Below are positions 38,254 to 45,906 of a DNA stretch of 64,000 bases, piece after piece. Below the pieces are notes generated by a model that did not search any database, was not told the origin of the DNA, and was given only the letters and a program-made list of their open reading frames with translations. The translations under genes were made by a program, and so were the position numbers. Each line of letters starts with the position of its first letter. The stretch's first letter is position 1. The DNA lies in the IMG/VR virus record IMGVR_UViG_3300009537_002640, positions 124,001 to 188,000 of that record; one strand, given 5' to 3'.

Positions 38254-39204
38254 TTAGGAGGCGTCTTCCTCACCAACCTCCTTAATCTTCATCACAGTAG
38301 CGCCTTCAGCAGTTTTGGTGGCCACCTGAGAATCAAATCTTTCCTCGGCTTCGTCCTCTATGATTTTATCACCAATGACTTGTGCCTCAACTTCAATGAC
38401 GGTAGCCTCGGGCAAATCATCCACTTTTACACCCAGCTCTTCTGCCCTTTTGTTAAGAGCCTGAATTAAATCCATATCCCGTTCCGCTAAAAATGTACCC
38501 TCTTGCGGAGTTATTACATTTCCTCGAACACTAGGCTTAATTTCTTGCTGAACTGGTGGAATTGGCAAATCCTCAGGTTCATCAGCTGGTGGCTTTGTTA
38601 CCACAAACGGCTGCGACTGATTAACTTGATTAGCTGGTTGTGCCACTTTGCCCATCGGATGACTTAGTGCTGCCTGCTGTGCTTGCATAGTAACTACAGA
38701 CTGCTTGCTGATTGGGTTAGTAGTCCCAACAGGTTCTGCTTGTGCCTCAGCAGGTGGAGCAGGTTCTTCGTCCTGCTTAGCTGATACTACAACTGCAGCA
38801 CCAACTCTTTCCTGCGACACGGCCTCACCCAAGTCATTAATCCCATAATCGGCGAACCCAAAACCTTCAGAGCTTTCTTCCTCCTCAAGCTTAGGATTTC
38901 CTGGCTCTACCACTACCGAAGTATTGGTCTTCTTAACTAGAACAGGCTCATTGCTCTGCTTAATATGATCCAATGTTGCAGGACGTGGAGTGCTTGGCCC
39001 CTCTACAGGAACAAGAACGCCACTGCTCAGTCTTTTTGCCAAAGAACCACTTTCTAGCGAAGCCTTAACCTTATCTTGAGTTAGATAAGGATTAACCTTG
39101 AACACATTAACTGTCTTGCCACGAGGAACCTTGACACCCAAATCACTGAGACTAACATCGGACGCACTATCATTTCTTAACCACAGCGTTGCTTCCTTAG
39201 TCAT
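38254..39204 (-). CDS. Hypothetical protein, small N-terminal domain plus acidic/Pro-rich low-complexity region
   Basis: 316-aa ORF with GGAG RBS. Confidence 0.6.
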   Translation of the reverse strand: MTKEATLWLRNDSASDVSLSDLGVKVPRGKTVNVFKVNPYLTQDKVKASLESGSLAKRLSSGVLVPVEGPSTPRPATLDHIKQSNEPVLVKKTNTSVVVEPGNPKLEEEESSEGFGFADYGINDLGEAVSQERVGAAVVVSAKQDEEPAPPAEAQAEPVGTTNPISKQSVVTMQAQQAALSHPMGKVAQPANQVNQSQPFVVTKPPADEPEDLPIPPVQQEIKPSVRGNVITPQEGTFLAERDMDLIQALNKRAEELGVKVDDLPEATVIEVEAQVIGDKIIEDEAEERFDSQVATKTAEGATVMKIKEVGEEDAS

Positions 39205-39206
39205 AC

Positions 39207-39452
39207 TTACTCTCCTTGATCTTCTGGTGCTTCTTCGGTAACCTTAACTTGCTCTGCCTGCTCTCCGTGATGGTTAGCGCCTAGAACATAGGATACCTTC
39301 TGTCCGGGCTTTAGGGTCTTGAAACCGCCCATATCTATATTGCTCCAGTGTACAAATAAATCACCGGAACCGTCATCCTTGGTTATAAAACCAATACCCT
39401 TTTTTGGGTCGAACCAGCACACTTTGCCGGTCAATACTGTATTATCTGACAT
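39207..39452 (-). CDS. csp: Cold-shock domain protein
   Basis: 'GKVCWFDPKKGIGFI' (RNP1), 'DLFVHWSNI' (RNP2), 'GFKTLKPGQKVSY'. Confidence 0.95.
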   Translation of the reverse strand: MSDNTVLTGKVCWFDPKKGIGFITKDDGSGDLFVHWSNIDMGGFKTLKPGQKVSYVLGANHHGEQAEQVKVTEEAPEDQGE

Positions 39453-39554
39453 CTTCTGTCTCCTCTTTATTTCTTCATAAAATGCGCGGATTTATATACC
39501 GCGCTGAAGCTTAATTGTGGCAGAATATACACCTCTGCCTACACTAATATGAGA

Positions 39555-39565
39555 AATATTAGTAG
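39555..39565 (-). promoter_or_regulatory. Putative late promoter motif CTACTAATATT, part of inverted repeat ACTAATAT-N5-ATATTAGT
   Basis: TA(C/T)TAATA copy about 100 nt upstream of the csp start. Confidence 0.55.
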
Positions 39566-39566
39566 T

Positions 39567-39866
39567 TTACTCGTCGCTATTATTTGAATCAGTGGAATCC
39601 TGTTCAGGCTGTGGAGGAGGAGCGATTAGCCCTTCTTCCTCGGCTGCCAGCTCCAGCACAACAGAAATAGCGCCTCGGGTTCTGAGTAGGTCTTCTTCTA
39701 TGCCCTTAAGCCTCAGACGAAGCGATTTCAGCTCTTCCTGCTGTATATTTTGGAGGGTTTCTAGCTCTTTCAACTTCTTCACATACTTCCTGGTAGAGTC
39801 CTTTAATGCGCTATCTTCTCCTGCACGTTCATTCAAGTACCCTATTACATCTTGCTCTGTAACCAT
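39567..39866 (-). CDS. Hypothetical coiled-coil protein
   Basis: 99 aa, heptad pattern, GGAG RBS. Confidence 0.6.
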   Translation of the reverse strand: MVTEQDVIGYLNERAGEDSALKDSTRKYVKKLKELETLQNIQQEELKSLRLRLKGIEEDLLRTRGAISVVLELAAEEEGLIAPPPQPEQDSTDSNNSDE

Positions 39867-39869
39867 ATC

Positions 39870-40517
39870 TTACTCTCCTATAATCTTATGGTAAACCTTA
39901 CCATCTTCAATTATCAGGTAAGTTCCATCCAGCATTATGCTACCGCTATCATGGATGTGCTTACCGTCCTTATATTGGGTTCCTGTTAAGTGTGTATGTC
40001 CCATAAGGATATTGTCGCCAGGATTCCCAAAATTGTCTATGATTTCCTCTCGTTTTCTTCTGGTTCTTTCTTCGTATAAGGGGTTATCTCTCATCATCGT
40101 CTGAAAGTCTAACTTGAACAAACGATGGCCCCAAGAATGGATATTCGCTAGAATTTTAGAATACCACGCTTGGTCATAAAATGGATACACCTGATGCCCA
40201 TGCAGAGCCAAAAAGTGCTTATCGAATCTATACATATTAAACACTTTAGCGCCAGGAATATAGTGTTGGTCAGCCTTTACTGGGTCGTGATTTCCTGCGA
40301 CCCAGATGACCGGAATATCTCTTGCTATATCGACTATCGCATCTATCACCTTGCTTTCTCTAACTGCTCGACGATAACCTAACATCCAACAGTCCACTAT
40401 ATCACCATTTAGGAGTAGTCTATCATAGTCTTCTTTCTTCAACAACTCAACAATGTCGTCTTCGTTTCTTAGACGTGCATCACCAACATGCAGGTCAGAA
40501 AAGACTAATGTTCTCAT
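39870..40517 (-). CDS. Calcineurin-like metallophosphoesterase (LpxH/UDP-2,3-diacylglucosamine hydrolase-like)
   Basis: All five motifs present: SDLH, GDIVD, GNHD, HGH, GHTH. Confidence 0.85.
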   Translation of the reverse strand: MRTLVFSDLHVGDARLRNEDDIVELLKKEDYDRLLLNGDIVDCWMLGYRRAVRESKVIDAIVDIARDIPVIWVAGNHDPVKADQHYIPGAKVFNMYRFDKHFLALHGHQVYPFYDQAWYSKILANIHSWGHRLFKLDFQTMMRDNPLYEERTRRKREEIIDNFGNPGDNILMGHTHLTGTQYKDGKHIHDSGSIMLDGTYLIIEDGKVYHKIIGE

Positions 40518-40518
40518 T

Positions 40519-41379
40519 TTACTGTGCCTTTTTAGCCACCATATAACCGTGAGAAATCATCTTCTGGATTTCGTCCGGATTGAATTCCAGTAGGCTTTCG
40601 CTTAGGATTTTCTCGGGACGATAAACATTAATCTTCACATACTTTTTGTCAGGACGCGCCCCTACTTTAACTAGCTCATTTATTAGTAGAGCAATCCTAA
40701 CATCATTTTGTGCAGTTTCGTCTGACATGATAGACACGCTTCGGAGTGCAACTTCCAAAGTGTTTCCTGGATTAGCTTGAATCTGATCCATGCTTTCTGT
40801 TGAGCAAAGAATAACATCTACTTCGTCTGCACCCAAACCAATAACATTACCAAGAGGAGTAACATCACGAACTCCGCCATCTGTATAAAGTTCGCCCTCT
40901 AGCTCGACAGGTAAAAGCATTCCTGGAAAAGCTGCACTACCAAGAACAGCATCTGCTAAACGTGGGTAATCTTCGCCAAACATCCTATAATCTCCAGACT
41001 TCAAAGATACCGCGCCAACTCGTAATGTGTTGCCAGATGCTAAAATTTTCTTTTGGTCAAGGGTTCTATATATCATTTCTTGTAAAGGCTTCGAGTTGAA
41101 AAGTGCATTTTTCCAAAGCCCATGCAGTTTTCCAAAAGGACACCATCTCTTATAGACACTTTTAGTATCTATTTTAGACCACAAACCCTCAAGACCAGCA
41201 ATAGCCTGACCCTTTTGTTCTGGCTTAAACATGGCTAGATAGGCGGCGTTAATAGCGCCTACCGAAACCCCCAAATAAGTATCGTACTGTAATCCTTTGT
41301 CACCCATAAGGTGCTTCAATACTCCAACTTGAAACGCGCCGAACTGTCCCCCGCCGCTCAATATCAGTGCTCTTTTCAT
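40519..41379 (-). CDS. Patatin-like phospholipase
   Basis: 'LILSGGGQFGAFQVGVL' oxyanion loop, GVSVG nucleophile elbow, 'SAAFP' and 'TDGG' catalytic Asp motif. Confidence 0.92.
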   Translation of the reverse strand: MKRALILSGGGQFGAFQVGVLKHLMGDKGLQYDTYLGVSVGAINAAYLAMFKPEQKGQAIAGLEGLWSKIDTKSVYKRWCPFGKLHGLWKNALFNSKPLQEMIYRTLDQKKILASGNTLRVGAVSLKSGDYRMFGEDYPRLADAVLGSAAFPGMLLPVELEGELYTDGGVRDVTPLGNVIGLGADEVDVILCSTESMDQIQANPGNTLEVALRSVSIMSDETAQNDVRIALLINELVKVGARPDKKYVKINVYRPEKILSESLLEFNPDEIQKMISHGYMVAKKAQ

Positions 41380-42239
41380 TATTCATCCTCCGATGTTCCA
41401 TAGAAAGTTGCTACCGCTATATCTCCAGTAAAAGCCATATCATTTTCAAGTTTAATCCTAATCTCCATTCCGTACGACGACACTAAGTCTGTAGTTCCGC
41501 GATCTTTGTAGTGCCATCTAAATATGTGTATAGGGCCCTTCATTGCCCTCCATCCGGACCCACCCATTTGCGGAATATTTGGATAAGCCAGTTGTGCATC
41601 GTTTATGTAATCTTGCATGGTCTGATAATAGGTTGCGCTACCTATTGGTATCTTTGTCCCAGACGGTATTCCGGGCATTAGCTGTGGTGCGAATACATCT
41701 ACAAACCCATAGGCTTGGAATACCACAGTATCGGTAAGTACTATTGTTTCAGCACTAAACTGAACTTCTACTTCAGTCACCCTTAATACCTTGCCACTAT
41801 CCGGTGCAATAGTCCAAGAAGAACCAGTCTCATAATAATAGGTCATTAGCACCTCTGGGTCTCCGACCAACGCTGAGTTGAAAATTACCTGACCATTGTC
41901 GTAGTCTATAGTGTAATCACCATCATAGGCATCCGGGCTGTTTTCAGTTTTAGCATATCCGTCAACTGTTATGGTTGGACTATATTGTGCACGTAGCTTT
42001 CGCTCACCAGTTATTTTGCCGTGATTGACATCAATAAGATAATCGTTCGCTATAGAAAAAGTGGTAGCATCACCATCATCGGTAAGAACTTCATCTTCTA
42101 CCAGTGTAGAAGAAGGATACCAGGTTGTACGATCGCACCAGTTTACTGATATAATATCCACCCTTTTTTCTTCGGGCGCAGATATATCAATTTTAGGATA
42201 CCCCCTAGTAGAGGTAGGAGTTTTTCTAAAGTCTGTCAT
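41379..42239 (-). CDS. Virion structural protein
   Basis: 286 aa; 'DYTIDYDNGQVIF' motif common in tail/baseplate proteins; DGY and DAY present. Confidence 0.5.
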   Translation of the reverse strand: MTDFRKTPTSTRGYPKIDISAPEEKRVDIISVNWCDRTTWYPSSTLVEDEVLTDDGDATTFSIANDYLIDVNHGKITGERKLRAQYSPTITVDGYAKTENSPDAYDGDYTIDYDNGQVIFNSALVGDPEVLMTYYYETGSSWTIAPDSGKVLRVTEVEVQFSAETIVLTDTVVFQAYGFVDVFAPQLMPGIPSGTKIPIGSATYYQTMQDYINDAQLAYPNIPQMGGSGWRAMKGPIHIFRWHYKDRGTTDLVSSYGMEIRIKLENDMAFTGDIAVATFYGTSEDE

Positions 42240-43498
42240 TATGTTAGATCCTCCTTGCCATAATGAATGAATGCTCTAAATCTGGTTAGACTTGATAAAT
42301 CATCTTTTATAACTATGTCCAACCTCTTATTACCATCTATTCTTATAGATGCTGGTTCTGGCTCTAGCTTAAAGGTTACCATCTTTTCATTGTCAAAAAA
42401 GTCTATTATGTTTTTGGCATCAAATCTTCCAAATAAATCAGTGTTATCCTTTATAGTTATCGACCATCTTACTGGAGAAGATTCATACGCATCAGGATTG
42501 TATTGTCTTATGATAATTCCGTTTTCTAGTCCACCAGCGATGTTAGCAAATGCCGTAGAACTCCACCCTGAGTCACCAGTAGCTATAACAAAACATATGG
42601 ACCCTACATGCCAAGCCTCATACGCATCGGGTGTTACGGAAAAAGTGTATGGCCCATTTGCTGCTCCGCTATCAAGCAACTCTATGTCGTCAAAGTAAAA
42701 GTGTTGTCCGCCCTTGCTCGCGTACTTAAAATGTAGTTTTTGAACCAAATTACTACCTAGTTCAAAATCAGCAATAGGGATTGTTACTTTCTGCCAAACA
42801 TCTAAATCAAAATCAGCAACATAATCGGCCACACTTAAAGCAGTGCCTTTGGTTGAACCGCCTGATGCTTTCCATAATACCTGTAAGTCAGAGCCAGCAG
42901 GATAAGCCTTAGGTTGCATCCAGAAAGACAAGGTAGAGTAGTTGGCAGCAATATCTAGTTCACTTCCATTATCTAGTTTAGTCTGATTGCCTGCCGAAGT
43001 GGTGGTTGAGTCTAATCCATCTGTTCCACTATGTGCTGCTGAAGCCGAGTTCTCTCCCTGTCCAGTTAGCTCCCAATCATCACCAGCATCAGCGGTTCCA
43101 TTCCATACTACTGTAGCTGAGCCAGACAAACTAGCATCCATTGCCAACTCTTCATATCCATCAGGGGTTTGTAAGAATTTCGCTTGGCTTAAACATAACT
43201 CTCTATGTGCGGTTACAGGGGTGTTATTAGAGGTTACTGGTTTTGGACGAATATTCTCAAGCCCAACTATTGTGGCTATAGCATCATCCCTGCGTCCAAC
43301 CTCAATAACATCATCATAAAAATTAGCCTCAAAGTCGCCCCAGGTGTCAGCAACTACCCGTGTCTCATAAACAGTATCGCGGTTACCTGCCCAAAGAGTG
43401 CCCTTTTGATAGCCGTCCTCCCAGAAGTATACCTGGAAGCTATTGTTTTGAACTACTTGTTTCCAAACAGAGTAGCTGGTATGAAGTATATCTGTCAT
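42239..43498 (-). CDS. Virion protein with a carbohydrate-binding-module-like (galactose-binding jelly-roll) domain
   Basis: 'YSTLSFWM...WQKVTIPIADF...FYFDDIEL' CBM-like signature. The likely start is ATG 43498 (track gives 43510). Confidence 0.55.
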   Translation of the reverse strand: MTDILHTSYSVWKQVVQNNSFQVYFWEDGYQKGTLWAGNRDTVYETRVVADTWGDFEANFYDDVIEVGRRDDAIATIVGLENIRPKPVTSNNTPVTAHRELCLSQAKFLQTPDGYEELAMDASLSGSATVVWNGTADAGDDWELTGQGENSASAAHSGTDGLDSTTTSAGNQTKLDNGSELDIAANYSTLSFWMQPKAYPAGSDLQVLWKASGGSTKGTALSVADYVADFDLDVWQKVTIPIADFELGSNLVQKLHFKYASKGGQHFYFDDIELLDSGAANGPYTFSVTPDAYEAWHVGSICFVIATGDSGWSSTAFANIAGGLENGIIIRQYNPDAYESSPVRWSITIKDNTDLFGRFDAKNIIDFFDNEKMVTFKLEPEPASIRIDGNKRLDIVIKDDLSSLTRFRAFIHYGKEDLT

Positions 43499-44076
43499 AG
43501 AGCCCTCCAAACTATAATGCCACTTTGTATATCTCGGCTAGTACTATTATCTGTAGATTTCATTTTGACTTGTAATGATGTATCTATGCACAATGGGTCA
43601 GGCGGCACCCACATCCAACGATTAGGTGCATATTGAAAAATATCAAAATTGCTTGTCGAATTACCGGAGCTACCATAACTATAATAGCCACTGTTACCGC
43701 CGGTTCCTAACTGCATATCCTCTAACTCCTCTAAATCAAATCCATCACCTGTTGGAAACACATCTGTGCCATCAATGGTTACTTGAATATATATGTGGTC
43801 TGAGTCTACCTCAAATAGCAACTTGTAAAATATAGCTGGACCGTTAATAGTATGAACAACATCAAACCCGCTACTGTATTTGGGTAAATCATGATCATCC
43901 AATCGTTCGTATTTGAGGTTTTCTACACACCCTCCTCCATCACTACCAGGAAAAGGCCGCGTTTTGGCAGAGACAAGCACCCTATTAGCATCTATAGCTG
44001 CATCTCTCTCTACACTAATGGGATTCCCATATCCATCAGTAGCTGTAACTGGATTTAATACTACTACTCCGCTCAT
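43495..44076 (-). CDS. Virion structural protein
   Basis: 193 aa, beta-rich, DGY near the N-terminus, coupled to neighbours. Confidence 0.5.
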   Translation of the reverse strand: MSGVVVLNPVTATDGYGNPISVERDAAIDANRVLVSAKTRPFPGSDGGGCVENLKYERLDDHDLPKYSSGFDVVHTINGPAIFYKLLFEVDSDHIYIQVTIDGTDVFPTGDGFDLEELEDMQLGTGGNSGYYSYGSSGNSTSNFDIFQYAPNRWMWVPPDPLCIDTSLQVKMKSTDNSTSRDIQSGIIVWRAL

Positions 44077-44900
44077 GTTAATGTCCTCGTGATACTAGTG
44101 ATTCTGTTGCCTTGATAAGTAAACGTCTCAGTTAGAGTTTCAACTGCAACCCCGCTAGAGTTATATTGGATTGTTACAGCCTGAGATACACGGTTACCGT
44201 TTGTGTAGCTAAACTGCTCCTCTCTTATCTTGGTGGTTTTTCCTACGTCAGTCCAAACTGTAATGTTTGATACTTTGTTGCCGTTTACATAGGTAATTTC
44301 TTCAAAAGAATCTTCGGCTATGTTGTGAACTAGCTCATCCAAACCTCTATGATTAGTAGTTTGTAAATATCCATCCAGTGTTCCAGGGGGTAATCCAGAA
44401 CCTCCTGAATACCCGTCTAGTGCATTCTGTAAGACGGTGAGCTGGTTGCTTAATATATTTACGTCAGAGACAAGCGCGTATCCATCCAGCAGCGCTTGAG
44501 ATATGTATCCATCTAACAAAGCAGAAGATAGGTATCCATCCAGGAAATTCTGAACAAAAGTTACCTGTTGTCTTAGTGCTCTACCAGCATAGCCATCTAG
44601 GTCTCTTAGAGGAATTCGTTTATGTGTGCCAGTACTCGCATCATAAATCGGTATAAGATGAATGTTTTCATCTGACTCTTGGGTTATTGGAAGACTAGAT
44701 AAATCTAATACTATTTGCACACTGCCTAAAGAGTAGTCTGGCCTAGCATCTCTCCAATCTAAAGAGAGTTGAGAGTAGCCGTCAGTTAGCTCATAATCCC
44801 CTTGTATGCGCACACCCTCACCAGCTTCCAATGTAGGGCTATCGGGGGTTTGGCCAATGATAATCTCATCAGTTATTGTAGCAGGGTTTGTAACAGCCAT
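44073..44900 (-). CDS. Fibre-like virion protein with LDGY repeats
   Basis: 275 aa, 7 DGY including 'LDGYLSSALLDGYISQALLDGY'; C-terminal beta-meander. Confidence 0.55.
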   Translation of the reverse strand: MAVTNPATITDEIIIGQTPDSPTLEAGEGVRIQGDYELTDGYSQLSLDWRDARPDYSLGSVQIVLDLSSLPITQESDENIHLIPIYDASTGTHKRIPLRDLDGYAGRALRQQVTFVQNFLDGYLSSALLDGYISQALLDGYALVSDVNILSNQLTVLQNALDGYSGGSGLPPGTLDGYLQTTNHRGLDELVHNIAEDSFEEITYVNGNKVSNITVWTDVGKTTKIREEQFSYTNGNRVSQAVTIQYNSSGVAVETLTETFTYQGNRITSITRTLT

Positions 44901-44903
44901 GAT

Positions 44904-45893
44904 TTATGCCACCCTCGACATCTGAAACGTTAGCCTATAAATACCACCAAAAAAACTAACAGCAGAACCATTGCCATTGTAAACTCTCATTGTCATATAG
45001 TCGTTCGCAGATAATTGAACCATCCTAGAGTGTTCTCCGTTCAACTCAATCACATCACCCTGATGCTCATAATGAAGAGAATGAAATGCATCATTCTTGT
45101 AAAAATATATACCCACAACACTTGCTGTATAGGATATAGAACAATGACCAGTAACCTGATATATACCATCTACAGGGGCCACAAGTTTATGAGAATTTGC
45201 GCGAATTTCATAAGTAGTAGTTCCATCCGGAGTCGTGTCCCATGCATTTCCAACGGTCAAAGTATCAGATGTATTACTAGAAACCTTTCTCCATTGGCCG
45301 GAACCAGTGCCGCCTGTTAGTAAAACTATATAGCCTGTATATGCATTAACAGTCCAAGTTTGGGTTGTATCCTGCAGAGTGGTAGAGGTTTGAGTTCCAG
45401 TAGCCGTTCCACTATCAGTAAGAGACGGATCATGCATCGAAGATTCAGTTTCAAACTCAGTACTATTAAACGGAATATCAGTTGACGCACCAGATTTAGT
45501 TACTAGTGAAAAAAAATCACTATAAGCACCTACAGCATATGACAGACTCTTCCACGTGCCCACCCCTGTACTATCAGCAGTTAAGACGTACCCATCCTGT
45601 GCCCCAGGAGGAAGCTGGAAGCCTTGGACTTTAGCTAGCCCATCTACATCCAATTTTTCAGTAGGGGATTCAGTTCCGACACCAAGATTTCCGGCCACAT
45701 AACCATCGCCATCACTCTTGGCAAAAAAGGTAACGCCACCAGTGGAGTTGACAGCTCTAACCCCACTGGTGCCATCGTTTGTTGTGACTGCCAGAAAGAC
45801 ATTATAACCATCAACACCTAACTCATCATTGTCATCACGGATCCACCCTTCGCGGACCCCATCTTCGGGGTCTATTTTACCAAAGGTGCCCAT
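44904..45893 (-). CDS. Fibre protein with C-terminal C1q/TNF-like domain
   Basis: 'GNLGVGTESPTEKLDVDG' fibre motif; 'IPFNST...LVAPVDGIYQV...FYKN...VQLSANDYMTMRVY' C1q-like signature. Confidence 0.65.
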   Translation of the reverse strand: MGTFGKIDPEDGVREGWIRDDNDELGVDGYNVFLAVTTNDGTSGVRAVNSTGGVTFFAKSDGDGYVAGNLGVGTESPTEKLDVDGLAKVQGFQLPPGAQDGYVLTADSTGVGTWKSLSYAVGAYSDFFSLVTKSGASTDIPFNSTEFETESSMHDPSLTDSGTATGTQTSTTLQDTTQTWTVNAYTGYIVLLTGGTGSGQWRKVSSNTSDTLTVGNAWDTTPDGTTTYEIRANSHKLVAPVDGIYQVTGHCSISYTASVVGIYFYKNDAFHSLHYEHQGDVIELNGEHSRMVQLSANDYMTMRVYNGNGSAVSFFGGIYRLTFQMSRVA

Positions 45894-45906
45894 TAGTTAT
45901 AGCCTC

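Noticed and set aside
39870-41379. Patatin as part of a CBASS defence operon
   Set aside because: No cyclase (CD-NTase) or Cap2/Cap3 genes nearby; the context is virion genes.
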